Source: Vicinamibacteria bacterium
GTDB lineage: Bacteria > Acidobacteriota > Vicinamibacteria > Marinacidobacterales > Marinacidobacteraceae
Assembly: GCA_965199715.1 (NCBI GenBank)
Contig: CBDATA010000001.1
Coordinates: 128,001 to 192,000 of the forward strand
DNA: 64,000 nucleotides
Direction of reading: 5' to 3'
The notes beneath the pieces are model-generated. The model was not told the origin of the DNA. It was given only the letters and a program-made list of their open reading frames with translations, and made no database searches. A program made the position numbers and the translations under genes. Below, piece by piece: positions 8,175-19,305 of the stretch (the first letter of the stretch is position 1; each line of letters starts with the position of its first letter).

Positions 8175-9405
8175 CCGCCGCCAGTTCCTGACCGGCCTCG
8201 CCGCCCTTCCCGTGGCGCGATTCGCCGCGGCCGCCGCGCAGGATCTCCCCGGGTGGGTCGAGGAGGCGCGGCGGAGCATCCCGGCGGCCGTCGCGAGCCG
8301 CTACTTCCAGACCGGCGGGATCGGTCCGTCGCCGGACGCCGTCATGGACGAGGTCGTCGAGCGGCTCCGCTTCCAGAACCGGAGCCCCGCGGCCGCGGAC
8401 GTCTCGGAACGCATGGCGCGCATCGAGCCCGACCTGCGGGCGCAGTTGGGGCGGGTATTCGGCGCCCGGACCTCGGAAGTCGCGCTCACCCACAGCACCT
8501 CCGAGGGCATTTCCATCGTCGCGTGGGGCCTCGACTGGCGCGACGGCGACGAGGTCGTCATCTCCAACACCGAGCACCCGGCGAACGTGATCCCGTGGTA
8601 CGTGCTGCGCGACCGCGCCGGCGTCGTCATCCGCGAGATCGACCTGACCCCGGGAACCGACCTTCTGACGGAGGTCCGCGCGCAGCTCACGCCGCGCACC
8701 CGCCTCGTGAGCGTCAGTCACGTCTCCCGGAACAACGGCCGCGCGATCCCGGCGGCGGCCTCGGCGGAGCTCGCCGCGCTGCTGCGGCGGCGCGGCGCGC
8801 TCTACCACCTCGACGGCGCGCAGGGGCCGGGCCTCGTCCGCACGCACTTCGGCGACCTGGGCTGCGACGCCTACTCGACGTGCGGGCACAAGTGGCTCCT
8901 CGGCCCCAAGGGCACCGGGGCGCTTTTCGTGCGCGAGGACGCGCTCGACCGGGTGAAGCTGAGCTGGGCCGGCGCGCACAGCCACGCGGAGATGGACTAC
9001 AAGGGCGGGTACGCGCTCCTTCCGAGCGCGGCCCGCTACGAGTTCGGGACGCGGGCGCTGGCCGATTTCGCCGGCTTCGCCCGGGCGGTCCAGTGGATGG
9101 AGGACGTCGGATTCGACCGGATCCACGCCCGCATCGACGCGCTCGTCGAGTACGCCGTGGAGGAGGCGCGCCGCATCCCGGAACTCGGGCTCGCCTCGCC
9201 CGAGACCCCGGCGGACCGCAGCGGCATCCTCGTCGTCCGCCTCCCCGAGGGCCGCGATCCGATGGATCTCTACCGGAAGCTCAGGACCGAGGACGACATC
9301 CTCGCCTCGCCGGTGCGCGGGGAGCGCGACTTCCGGCTCTCGATCCACTTCTTCAACACCCGCGAGGAGATTCGGGCGGCCCTCGACGCGATCCGCCGGG
9401 CGTGA
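8167..9405 (+). CDS. Tat-exported PLP-dependent class V aminotransferase-family enzyme
   Basis: Twin-Arg signal SDRRQFL; STSEGI, EHPAN, LDGAQ, GHKWLLGPKGTG and RLSIHFFN motifs. Confidence 0.88.
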   Translation: MSDRRQFLTGLAALPVARFAAAAAQDLPGWVEEARRSIPAAVASRYFQTGGIGPSPDAVMDEVVERLRFQNRSPAAADVSERMARIEPDLRAQLGRVFGARTSEVALTHSTSEGISIVAWGLDWRDGDEVVISNTEHPANVIPWYVLRDRAGVVIREIDLTPGTDLLTEVRAQLTPRTRLVSVSHVSRNNGRAIPAAASAELAALLRRRGALYHLDGAQGPGLVRTHFGDLGCDAYSTCGHKWLLGPKGTGALFVREDALDRVKLSWAGAHSHAEMDYKGGYALLPSAARYEFGTRALADFAGFARAVQWMEDVGFDRIHARIDALVEYAVEEARRIPELGLASPETPADRSGILVVRLPEGRDPMDLYRKLRTEDDILASPVRGERDFRLSIHFFNTREEIRAALDAIRRA

Positions 9406-9860
9406 CCCGCAAGCGGGCGCCGGAAGTCGGCTTCTACTGCGACTCCTGCGACCGCTATTCGATCTGGAGTCCGCCGGCGCCGGACGGAACCTGCTCCCAC
9501 TGCGGGGCGGCCAACCCGCCCGCCGCCCCCGAGCGCGCCGAGCCCGGCGAGCCCATCGCCGCCTGTCCCCAGTGCGGCAACCCCGACCTGTACCGCAAGA
9601 AGGATCTTCCGCAGCAGGCCGGGTGCGCGGCCGTGATCGGCGGGATCGCGCTCTCCACGGCGGCCTACGCGATCTGGGACTTCCCCGGCGCCTTCGCGGT
9701 GCTCGCGTCCGTGGCGCTGCTCGATTTCCTGATCTACCAGCGCCTCGGCGAGGCGACGGTGTGCTACCGCTGCCACGCCGAGCTGCGCGGATTTCCCGAC
9801 AACGAGGCCCACGGCGCGTTCGACATGCACCGCGCCGAGGAGTACGAGGCGGGCGACTGA
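9402..9860 (+). CDS. Zn-ribbon-like, two-TM membrane protein
   Basis: 3' part of ORF 8253..9860: CDSC, CSHC, CPQC-LYRKKDLPQ, two TM helices, CYRC; GTG overlaps the upstream TGA. Confidence 0.75.
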   Translation: MTRKRAPEVGFYCDSCDRYSIWSPPAPDGTCSHCGAANPPAAPERAEPGEPIAACPQCGNPDLYRKKDLPQQAGCAAVIGGIALSTAAYAIWDFPGAFAVLASVALLDFLIYQRLGEATVCYRCHAELRGFPDNEAHGAFDMHRAEEYEAGD

Positions 9861-9861
9861 C

Positions 9862-12438
9862 TCAGGCGGCGGCGAGGCGAAGCTCCCCGCCGTCCGCATC
9901 GAGGCGCAGCTCCTGCCGGGGACCGAGCGAGCCCTCGACCATCATCCGGGCCGCCGGGGTCTCGACCCGCTGCTGGAGAACGCGGCGCACCGGCCGGGCG
10001 CCGTAGATGCGGTCGTAGCCGAGGTTCGCGAGCAGGCGGATGGCCGAAGCGTCGGCCTTGAGGCCGATGTTGCGCTCCTCGAGCCTGGCGCGGAACCGGT
10101 CGAGCTGCAGGGCGACGATCCGTTCGATCTGGTCGCGTTCGAGGCTGCGGAACACGACCGTCTCGTCCACCCGGTTCAGGAACTCGGGCCGGAACCGCCC
10201 CCGCAGTTCGCGCTCGACGCGGTCCCGGACCTCGTCCCACGGCGCGCCACGGGACGTCATCTCGAGGATGTCGGCGCTCCCGACGTTCGAGGTCATGATG
10301 AACACGACGTTCCGGAAATCCACGAGCCGGCCCTGCGAATCGGTGAGGCGGCCGTCGTCGAGCGCCTGCAGCAGGACGCTGTGGACCTCCGGATGCGCCT
10401 TCTCGATCTCGTCCAGCAACACGACCGCCCACGGGCGGCGGCGCACCGCCTCGGTGAGCTGGCCCCCCTCCTCGTAGCCGACGTACCCCGGGGGCGCTCC
10501 GGTGAGGCGCGCCACCGAGTGCCGCTCGGAATACTCCGACATGTCCAGCCGGATGAGCGCCCGCTCGTCGTCGAAGAGCTCGGCGGCCAGCGCCCGGGCC
10601 AGTTCCGTCTTGCCGACTCCGGTGGGGCCGGCGAACAGGAACGCGCCGAGCGGTCGGTCCGGATCCTGGATTCCGGCGCGGGCGCGCAGCACCGCGTCGG
10701 CGACCGCTCGGACGCCGCGCTCCTGCCCCACCACCCGCTTGTGGAGCAGGTCGGCGAGCCGCAGCAGCTTTCGCCGCTCCCCCTCCACGATGCGCTCCAC
10801 CGGGATTCCCGTCCAGCGGGAGACCACGCAAGCGACGTCCGCCTCGCCCACTTCCTCCCGAAGCAGCCGGTCCGGGGCGACTTCGACGCGGGCCTCCGCG
10901 TCGGCGAGTTCCTTGCGCAGCCGGGCGATGACGCCGAAGCGCAGCTCGGCGGCCGCTTCGAGGTCCACGTCCCGCTCGGCGCGCTCCATCCGGGTCCCGG
11001 CTTCCTCCAGTTCGCGCCGGATGCGGCGCACCTCGGCGAGGCGCTCCTTCTCGCCCTGCCAGCGGGCCCGCAGCGTCTTCGCCTCCTCTCCGCGGCCGGC
11101 GATCCGCCCCTCCAGCTCGGCGCACCGTTCGCGGGACGCGGCGTCCTTCTCCTTCTTGAGCGCCTCCCGCTCGATCTGGAGCGAGAGCAGGTCGCGCTCG
11201 ACCCGGTCCAGCTCGGTGGGGACGCTGTCGATTTCGGTGCGCAGGCGGGCGGCCGCCTCGTCCACGAGGTCGATGGCCTTGTCCGGCAGGAACCGGCCGG
11301 AGATGTAGCGATGCGAGAGCGACGCGGCCGCGAGCAGGGCTCCGTCCCGGATCCGGACCCCGTGGTGGATCTCGTAGCGCTCCTTCAGGCCGCGCAGGAT
11401 GGTCACCGTGACGGCCGGCGAGGGCTCCTCGACGGCCACCGTCTGGAAGCGGCGGGCCAGCGCGGCGTCCTTCTCGACGTGCTTGCGGTACTCGTCCCGC
11501 GTCGTGGCGCCGATGCAGTGGAGGTCGCCCCGGGCGAGCGCCGGCTTGAGCAGGTTCGAGGCGTCCATCGCGCCCTCTGTGGCCCCCGCTCCGACGACGG
11601 TGTGCAGCTCGTCGATGAAGAGGATCACCCGGCCCTCGGCCTTCTGGACCGCGCCGAGCACCGCCTTCAGCCGCTCCTCGAACTCGCCGCGGAACTTCGC
11701 TCCGGCGATGAGCGCTCCCATGTCGAGCGCGACCACCTGCCGGCCCCGGAGACCCTCGGGCACGTCGCCCTGCACGATGCGCAGCGCGAGCCCTTCGGCG
11801 ATCGCGGTCTTCCCCACGCCCGGCTCGCCGATGAGGACCGGATTGTTCTTCGTCCGGCGGGAGAGGATCTGCATCACGCGGCGGATCTCGTCGTCGCGCC
11901 CGATGACCGGGTCCAGCTTGTCCTCGGCGGCGAGCCCGGTGAGGTCGCGCCCGTATCGCGCGAGCGGCTCCAACGTCTCCTCGGGCCGCTCCGAGGTCAC
12001 GCGCGCTCCGTCGCGAAGCTGCGCCGCCGCTTCGCGCAGCGGCCCCGGCGGCGCGCCGGCCTCGCGCAGCAGCCGCGACGCCGCGCCCGAGCGGCTCGCG
12101 AGCGCGAGGAGCAGGTGCTCGACGCTCAGGTACTCGTCCCCGAGCTTCTTCGCCTCGCCCGAGGCCGCCCGCAGGACCGCCGCGAGCTCGCGGGAGGGGG
12201 CCGGTTCCTCCGAGTGCGCGAGCGTCGGAAGGCCGGCGATGGCGGCCGCCGTCCGCTTCGCCAGCGCCGCCGGATCGCTTCCGAGGCGCTCCAGCAGGCG
12301 CACGGCGAGGCCGTCCCCGTCCTCGAGCAGCGCCAGCAGGAGATGCTCGGGCAGGATCTCCGGATGGCGGGCGTCGGCCGCGTGTTCGGTCGCGCGCGCC
12401 AGACCGGCGCGGACCCGTTCGGTCGTGCGCATGGTCAT
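9862..12438 (-). CDS. clpB: ATP-dependent chaperone ClpB
   Basis: 858 aa; two Walker A motifs ([16 protein letters not shown]), coiled-coil middle domain, PPGYVGY. Confidence 0.96.
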   Translation of the reverse strand: MTMRTTERVRAGLARATEHAADARHPEILPEHLLLALLEDGDGLAVRLLERLGSDPAALAKRTAAAIAGLPTLAHSEEPAPSRELAAVLRAASGEAKKLGDEYLSVEHLLLALASRSGAASRLLREAGAPPGPLREAAAQLRDGARVTSERPEETLEPLARYGRDLTGLAAEDKLDPVIGRDDEIRRVMQILSRRTKNNPVLIGEPGVGKTAIAEGLALRIVQGDVPEGLRGRQVVALDMGALIAGAKFRGEFEERLKAVLGAVQKAEGRVILFIDELHTVVGAGATEGAMDASNLLKPALARGDLHCIGATTRDEYRKHVEKDAALARRFQTVAVEEPSPAVTVTILRGLKERYEIHHGVRIRDGALLAAASLSHRYISGRFLPDKAIDLVDEAAARLRTEIDSVPTELDRVERDLLSLQIEREALKKEKDAASRERCAELEGRIAGRGEEAKTLRARWQGEKERLAEVRRIRRELEEAGTRMERAERDVDLEAAAELRFGVIARLRKELADAEARVEVAPDRLLREEVGEADVACVVSRWTGIPVERIVEGERRKLLRLADLLHKRVVGQERGVRAVADAVLRARAGIQDPDRPLGAFLFAGPTGVGKTELARALAAELFDDERALIRLDMSEYSERHSVARLTGAPPGYVGYEEGGQLTEAVRRRPWAVVLLDEIEKAHPEVHSVLLQALDDGRLTDSQGRLVDFRNVVFIMTSNVGSADILEMTSRGAPWDEVRDRVERELRGRFRPEFLNRVDETVVFRSLERDQIERIVALQLDRFRARLEERNIGLKADASAIRLLANLGYDRIYGARPVRRVLQQRVETPAARMMVEGSLGPRQELRLDADGGELRLAAA

Positions 12439-12441
12439 GAT

Positions 12442-12480
12442 CTTAGTTTATCCATATCAACTGTTATGCGCCACAGTATA
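12442..12480 (-). promoter_or_regulatory. clpB promoter/operator region (TATACT -10; HAIR-like and CTGT-N8-ACAG palindromes)
   Basis: AT-rich island in a GC-rich background; minus strand reads TATACTGTGGCGCATAACAGTTGATATGGATAAACTAAG. Confidence 0.55.
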
Positions 12481-12534
12481 GAACATTCATGCGAGCGCAA
12501 GCCCCCGCCGGAAAGACGGGGAGTCCGGGGCGGA

Positions 12535-13728
<1,194 letters not shown>

Positions 13729-13750
13729 GGCTCACACTCTACCCGAGCGC

Positions 13751-14911
13751 ATGACCCCCGAAACGGTGAAGGAACGCCTCCGGGAAGCGGGCGCCCGCTT
13801 CGGGTTCGACCACGTCGGATTCGCTCCCGGCCGCCTCGAAGAAGCCGGGCGCCGCTTCCAGACGTGGCTCGACGACGGAAACCACGGCGAGATGGCGTGG
13901 CTGGAACGGAACCCGGCCCGGCGCAGCGACGCGGGGCCGGAGCGGACGGTCGCCGTCTGTTCGGTGAACTACTGGGGCGGCGCCCCCGCGTCCGCGCCCC
14001 CCGGCGGCGGCGTGGTCAGCCAGTACGCGCGCGGCGAGGACTACCACCGGGTCCTGGAGTCCCGCCTGCGCAAGTTCGCCCGTTTCGCCGGGAGCCTGGC
14101 CCGCAAGGCGGGGCTGGCGCCCGACGACGCGCGCATTCCGACGCTCGTGGATCACGGACCGCTGCTGGAGAAGGCGTACGCCGAGCGCGCCGGCGTCGGC
14201 TGGACCGGCAAGCACTCGAACGTGATCGCGTCCCGCGGAAGCTCGTGGTTCTTCCTCGGCGAGCTGCTCCTGCCCTTCCGGCTGCCGCCCGACGAGACCC
14301 ACCCGAACCGGTGCGGGAGCTGCGTCCGATGCATCGACGCCTGCCCCACCGGCGCGATCGTCGCTCCCTACGTGGTGGACAGCCGCCTTTGCGTTTCCTA
14401 TCTCACGATCGAGCTGCGGGGGCCGATTCCGAAGGAGCTGCGCCGGCCGCTCGGGAACCGCATCTTCGGCTGCGACGACTGCCAGGACGTCTGCCCCTGG
14501 AACCGGTTCGCGGTTCCGACCGCCGACCCGGCCTTCGCGGCCCCGGACGACGCCCTCGGCGCCGAGACGCTCGCCCGGCTCCTCGCGCTCACGCCGCAGG
14601 AGTTCCGCGACCGGTCGCGGCGCAGCGCGATCCGCCGCGCCAGCTACGCCGGATTCCTGCGGAACGTGGCCGTCGCGCTCGGAAACAGCGGCGATCCCGC
14701 GGCGTTCGGCCCACTGACGTCTGCGCTCGACCACGAGGAGCCGCTCGTGCGCGGCCACGCCGCGTGGGCGCTCGGCGAGATCGACGCCGCCCGGGCGCGC
14801 CCGCTGCTCGAAGCCCGCCGGAAGCGGGAGCCGGACGCCTCGGTCCGGGAGGAGATCGAAGCCGCGCTCAGCGGATCGCGGCCTGCATGTCCGCGACCGT
14901 CACGAACTTGA
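13751..14911 (+). CDS. queG: Epoxyqueuosine reductase
   Basis: SQYARGEDYH, LEKAYAERAGVGW.GK, CGSCVRCIDACPTGA, CVSYLTIE, FGCDDCQDVCPWN; C-terminal HEAT repeats. Confidence 0.94.
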   Translation: MTPETVKERLREAGARFGFDHVGFAPGRLEEAGRRFQTWLDDGNHGEMAWLERNPARRSDAGPERTVAVCSVNYWGGAPASAPPGGGVVSQYARGEDYHRVLESRLRKFARFAGSLARKAGLAPDDARIPTLVDHGPLLEKAYAERAGVGWTGKHSNVIASRGSSWFFLGELLLPFRLPPDETHPNRCGSCVRCIDACPTGAIVAPYVVDSRLCVSYLTIELRGPIPKELRRPLGNRIFGCDDCQDVCPWNRFAVPTADPAFAAPDDALGAETLARLLALTPQEFRDRSRRSAIRRASYAGFLRNVAVALGNSGDPAAFGPLTSALDHEEPLVRGHAAWALGEIDAARARPLLEARRKREPDASVREEIEAALSGSRPACPRPSRT

Positions 14912-16265
14912 CCCGCGGCCGGCCCTCCGCCGCGCCGCGCTCCACCTCGATGGCGTCCAGCTTCTTCCAGTCGGCGAACGAGAAGTAATCGGGAGCCCGG
15001 TCGCGCACGAGCCGCTCGGCGGCCTCGGCGGAGGGGTTCGCGGGGATCCAGCAGTCGCCCCGAGCCACGTCCTCGAGGAGCGCCTTGACCGTCTCGAGCG
15101 CGTCCGGCTTGTTGGTGCCGATGACCCCGGTCGGGCCGCGCTTGATCCAGCCGGCGCAGTACTGGCCGGTCAGCCGCTCGCCGTCGGGACTGGTGAGGAC
15201 GCGCCCGTCGGCGTGAGGGATGACCCCCCAGTCATTCCGGAAGGGTACGCCCGGTAGCGCCACGCCCCGGTAGCCCACCGAACGGAAGACGAGCCCGGCG
15301 TCGAGCGTCTCGAAGGAGCCAGTGGCGCGAGGCCGAACGCCGCCCCGGTCCGTCCGGTAGAGCTCGTTCCGGACGAGCCGCACCCGCCCCACGCCCCCGT
15401 CGGGGCCGGCGAGCAACTCGACCGGCGACACGAGGAAGCGGACGATGAGCGCGCGCGGCTTGCCGGAGCGCTGCTCCTCGGCGTACCGGTTCAGGATGCG
15501 CACCTTGAGGGGCGCCGCCCGGTCCGCCCCCGAGTCCACCCACTCCTGGCTGACCGGGTCGAGCGCGGCCTCGTCGGGGCGCACCCGGATGTCCGCGCCC
15601 TCCATTTCGCCGAGCTCGCGGATCTCGGGGTTGCTGAAGGCCGCCTGCGCCGGTCCGCGCCGTCCCAGCATGTGGATCGTCCTGATGCGGCTCTCGGCGA
15701 GCTGCTCGAGCGCGTAGTCGGCGATGTCCGTCCGGCGCAGCTCGTCCACCGACCGGGCGAGGATGCGGCAGACGTCCACCGCCACGTTGCCGACCCCGAC
15801 GACGGCTGCTTCCTCCTGCGACAGGTCGAACTCGCGGTCGCGGTAGTCCGGATGGCCGTTGTACCAGGCCACGAATTCGGTCGCCGCGTGGCTCCTCGGC
15901 AGGTCCTCGCCGGAAATGCGCATCGCCCGGTCCACCTGGGCGCCCACCGCGTAGATCACGGCGTGGTAATGCGACTTCACGTCCTCGAGCCGGAGGTCGC
16001 CGCCGAACTCGACTCCGCCGAAGAAGCGGAACCCGGGCTTCCCCGCGGTGCGCTCGTAGGCGCGGGTCACCGTCTTGATCTTCTGGTGGTCGGGCGCGAC
16101 GCCGCCCCGGACGAGACCGTAGGGAGTCGGCAGCCGGTCGAACAGGTCCACTTCGACCGAGATCCCGGACGCCTTCAGCAGGTGGTCGCTCGCGTAGAAC
16201 CCGGTGGGGCCCGACCCGAAAATGGCGACCCGAAGCGGTGATTCCGGCGTCCCGATGCGGCTCAT
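14868..16265 (-). CDS. Ferredoxin--NADP+ reductase (FprA/adrenodoxin reductase-like)
   Basis: GSGPTGFY, PYGLVRGGVAPDH, WYNGHP, GVGNVAVD and GWIKRGPTGVIGTN motifs. Confidence 0.92.
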   Translation of the reverse strand: MSRIGTPESPLRVAIFGSGPTGFYASDHLLKASGISVEVDLFDRLPTPYGLVRGGVAPDHQKIKTVTRAYERTAGKPGFRFFGGVEFGGDLRLEDVKSHYHAVIYAVGAQVDRAMRISGEDLPRSHAATEFVAWYNGHPDYRDREFDLSQEEAAVVGVGNVAVDVCRILARSVDELRRTDIADYALEQLAESRIRTIHMLGRRGPAQAAFSNPEIRELGEMEGADIRVRPDEAALDPVSQEWVDSGADRAAPLKVRILNRYAEEQRSGKPRALIVRFLVSPVELLAGPDGGVGRVRLVRNELYRTDRGGVRPRATGSFETLDAGLVFRSVGYRGVALPGVPFRNDWGVIPHADGRVLTSPDGERLTGQYCAGWIKRGPTGVIGTNKPDALETVKALLEDVARGDCWIPANPSAEAAERLVRDRAPDYFSFADWKKLDAIEVERGAAEGRPRVKFVTVADMQAAIR

Positions 16266-16299
16266 GGCGCGCGAAGTATAGAAGGGCCGGACGGACGGA

Positions 16300-16794
16300 T
16301 CAGCCGAGCGCCTCGCGGATTTCGCGCTGCGCCTCCCGCGTCCGGATGGTCTCCCGCCGGTCGCGCTGGGTCTTGCCCCGGGCGAGGCCGACCCGCACCT
16401 TGATCCACCCGTTGCGGACGTAGATCCGCAGCGGCACGAGCGTCAGGCCGGTCGTGCTCAGCTTCCCCCCGATCCGGCTCACCTCGCCGGAATGGAGGAG
16501 CAGCTTGCGCGGGCGGTTCGGGTTCTCCGGCTCGCCCGAGGCGTGCTGGTAGGGAGCGATATGGCAGTTGACGAGGAAGATCTCGCCGCCGCGCTCCTTC
16601 CCGTAGGAGTCCTTCAGGTCCGCGCCGCCGAGGCGGCAGGACTTCACTTCCGGGCCGGTCAGCGCCACGCCCGCCTCGAATTCCTCGATCACCTCGTAGT
16701 CCCGGCGCGCCCGCCGGTTCTCCGCGAGCGCCCGTTCCGGAGTCGCGCCGCCCCGCGCCCGCTTCTTCCGTCTCGCCGTCTTCTTCCTGCTCAT
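16300..16794 (-). CDS. smpB: SsrA-binding protein SmpB
   Basis: NRRARRDY...EAGVALTGPEVKS, RKLLLH, GLTLVPL and GLARGK motifs; ATG 16794 with SD GGAG. Confidence 0.95.
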   Translation of the reverse strand: MSRKKTARRKKRARGGATPERALAENRRARRDYEVIEEFEAGVALTGPEVKSCRLGGADLKDSYGKERGGEIFLVNCHIAPYQHASGEPENPNRPRKLLLHSGEVSRIGGKLSTTGLTLVPLRIYVRNGWIKVRVGLARGKTQRDRRETIRTREAQREIREALG

Positions 16795-16840
16795 CGCGTC
16801 TCTCCGGGCTGAGTGTAGCCCGCTACCATCGCGGCGTCGG

Positions 16841-18037
16841 ATGCCCCGCTTCGAGTGCCAGGTCGGCGAAGCCGGCGGCGAACTGCGCAGCCTCGCGCTG
16901 GAGTCGGCGAGCGCCGCCGCGGCGCGGACCGAGCTCGCCTCGCGGGGACTCGAGGTGTTCGACGTCCGGCGCGCTCGGCGGGACTTCCCGCTCCTGCGGC
17001 GCCGCGCCCGCGCCAGGGACGTGCTCCTCTTCAATCAGGAGCTCGCCGCGCTGCTGCGCGCCGGACTGCCGCTCGCCGAGGCGCTCTCGATCCTCGTGGA
17101 GCGCATGGACAACCCCACGTTCCGCGACGCGGTCGAGACGATCCTCGGCGAGGTGCGCGCTGGAACGCCGATGAGCGAGGCGGTCTCGCGCCACGTCTTC
17201 TTCCCCGGCGTCTATGCCGCGTGCCTTCGCGCCGGCGAGACCAGCGGCGACCTCGCCGGCATGGTCGCCCGCTTCGCCGACGCGATGCGGGTCGCGGTGA
17301 AGGCCCGGGCCAACCTCACCGCCGCGCTCGTGTATCCGGCCTTCCTGCTCGTCGCGCTCCTCGGGGCCGCGGCGTACCTGCTCCTCGGCGTGGTCCCCAA
17401 CTTCTTCCCGTTCTTCGCCGGCTTCGACCAAGAACTGCCCGCCCTCACCCTCGCGCTGCTGGGCGCGGCCGAGTTCTTCCGCGACCGGCTCGCGTGGATC
17501 GGGGCCGCAGTCCTCGCGCTCGCCGCCGGGTTCCTCGTCTGGTCGCGTTCGCCCGGGGCGGGGCGCCTCCGCGATCGGACGCTGCTCGCGCTTCCGGTCG
17601 TCGGCGAGGTGCTCCGCCTCTTCGGCGTCTCCCAATTCGCTCGGGCGCTCGGGGCGCTGCTCGGCGGCGGGATGCCGCTCGCGCGGGCGATTCCGGTCGC
17701 GGCGGGAGCGATCGGGAACCTGCATCTGCGAGCCGCGATGGACGGGGTCGCGCAACCGGTGAGCCACGGCGCGCCTTTCGTGGACGCCCTCGCCCGCACC
17801 GGCGAGATTCCGCCCTTCGCGCTCCGCATGGTCCGCGTCGGGGAGAGCGCCGGGGACCTCGACCGCATGGTGACCTCCATCGCCGACTTCAACGACGAGG
17901 TCGTGGAACACCGGGTCTCCGTGCTGCTGAGCCTGCTCACGCCGGTCGTCCTGCTGATCCTCGGCGGGCTCGTCGCGCTCGTGCTGCTCGCGATCTACCT
18001 GCCGCTGTTCAGCCTCGCCGCGGCGCCCGACTTCTGA
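16841..18037 (+). CDS. Type II secretion / type IV pilus inner-membrane platform protein (GspF/PilC family)
   Basis: FNQELAALLRAGLPL, AGETSGDL, ALVYP, VGESAGDL and AIYLPLF motifs. Confidence 0.92.
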   Translation: MPRFECQVGEAGGELRSLALESASAAAARTELASRGLEVFDVRRARRDFPLLRRRARARDVLLFNQELAALLRAGLPLAEALSILVERMDNPTFRDAVETILGEVRAGTPMSEAVSRHVFFPGVYAACLRAGETSGDLAGMVARFADAMRVAVKARANLTAALVYPAFLLVALLGAAAYLLLGVVPNFFPFFAGFDQELPALTLALLGAAEFFRDRLAWIGAAVLALAAGFLVWSRSPGAGRLRDRTLLALPVVGEVLRLFGVSQFARALGALLGGGMPLARAIPVAAGAIGNLHLRAAMDGVAQPVSHGAPFVDALARTGEIPPFALRMVRVGESAGDLDRMVTSIADFNDEVVEHRVSVLLSLLTPVVLLILGGLVALVLLAIYLPLFSLAAAPDF

Positions 18038-18510
18038 TGCGGCGCGACGCCGGGTTCACCCTGATCGAGTTGGTCATCGCCAGCGCGCTGGTGTCGCTTC
18101 TCGCGATGGCCATCATCCCGGTCGCGAAGGTCGCGAGCGTCCGCGGCCGCGAAGTCCAGCTCTCGCGCGACCTGCGCATGTTGCGGACCGCCATCGACGC
18201 CTTCCACGAGGCCGCGGAGGAGGGGGAGGTCGATCCGGCCTTCCTCCTCCCCGAACACGAGAACTACCCGCCGGACCTCGAGACGCTGGTGCGGGGCGCC
18301 CCCGCGCCGCCGGACGAGGACGGCCGGATCCGCCGTTTGAAGTTCCTCCGGCGCGTTCCGGCGGATCCCCTCACCGGGCGGTCGGACTGGCTGCTGCGCT
18401 CTTACCAGGACGAGCCGGACGCGCTCTCATGGGGCGGCCAGAACGTCTTCGACGTGCGCTCCCGCGCCGCCGGAACCGCGCTCGACGGAACCCGGTACCG
18501 GAGTTGGTGA
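18037..18510 (+). CDS. Prepilin-type pseudopilin (GspG-like)
   Basis: MRRDAG|FTLIELV cleavage motif; YPPDLETLV, FLRRVPADPLTG, VFDVRS. Confidence 0.9.
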   Translation: MRRDAGFTLIELVIASALVSLLAMAIIPVAKVASVRGREVQLSRDLRMLRTAIDAFHEAAEEGEVDPAFLLPEHENYPPDLETLVRGAPAPPDEDGRIRRLKFLRRVPADPLTGRSDWLLRSYQDEPDALSWGGQNVFDVRSRAAGTALDGTRYRSW

Positions 18511-18896
18511 TGAAGACGCGGCGCGGCTTCAGCTTCATCGAGATGGTGGTCGTGCTCGCCATCCTCGGCGCGCTCCTCGGGCTCGCGATCCCGCGGTTCC
18601 AGTCCCAGCTCCAGAGCTCGCGGGAGGCCGTGCTGCAGCACAACCTCGCGGTGCTCCGGGAGCGGCTCGACCAGTACCGGGCCGACCGGGACGAGTTCCC
18701 CGCGAGCCTCGCGGAGCTGGTGGTCGCGGGCTACCTGCGCGAAATCCCCGCCGATCCGATCACCGACTCCATCACGTGGGAGGAGGTGCGCGACGGCTAC
18801 GACCCGCTCTTCCCCAACGCCCCGGCGGGCGTGTCCGACGTGCGCAGCCGCTCGACCGAGGTCGGCGCCAATGGAGTCCCGTACAACGAGTGGTGA
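18510..18896 (+). CDS. Prepilin-type pseudopilin (GspG-like)
   Basis: MKTRRG|FSFIEMV; REAVLQHNL, YLREIPADPIT, SDVRS. Confidence 0.9.
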   Translation: MKTRRGFSFIEMVVVLAILGALLGLAIPRFQSQLQSSREAVLQHNLAVLRERLDQYRADRDEFPASLAELVVAGYLREIPADPITDSITWEEVRDGYDPLFPNAPAGVSDVRSRSTEVGANGVPYNEW

Positions 18897-19305
18897 CGCT
18901 GGGTACGCGCTCTTCGCGTTCCTCGTCGCGCTCATGATCCTCGGCGTCGGGCTGACGGCCGCCGTCCCGCGCTGGTCCGACGTCCTCCGCCGGGAGCGCG
19001 AGGCGGAGCTCGTCTTCCGGGGCGAGGCCATCGTCCGGGCCATCGGCGCGTTCGCCGAGGATCGGCCGGGCGTCCTGCCGGAGACGCTCGAGGAGCTGGT
19101 CGAGGAACGCTACCTCCGCAAGGCCTGGATCGACCCGGTGGCGCGGCGGCCGTTCGCGCTGGTGCTGGACCCGGCCGTCACCGAGGACGGGAGGCCCCGG
19201 ATCCTCGGCGTCAAGAGCGCGGCCGAGGGCCTGAGCCTGCGCCCCTGGGACGGAGCGCGCCGGTACCAGGACTGGGAGTTCCTCCACCAGCCCGCGAGCG
19301 AGTAG
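18871..19305 (+). CDS. Pilin-like type II secretion protein
   Basis: AG|YALFAFL hydrophobic N-terminus, RREREAELVFRG, RYLRK..DP. Confidence 0.8.
   Translation: MESRTTSGDAGYALFAFLVALMILGVGLTAAVPRWSDVLRREREAELVFRGEAIVRAIGAFAEDRPGVLPETLEELVEERYLRKAWIDPVARRPFALVLDPAVTEDGRPRILGVKSAAEGLSLRPWDGARRYQDWEFLHQPASE

Noticed and set aside
8167-9405. SufS/IscS cysteine desulfurase of an Fe-S assembly operon
   Set aside because: It has a Tat export signal and lacks the RxGHHC/SSGSAC catalytic loop; no scaffold genes nearby.
16266-16840. tmRNA (ssrA) next to smpB
   Set aside because: The flanking gaps are only 34 and 46 bp, too short to hold it.
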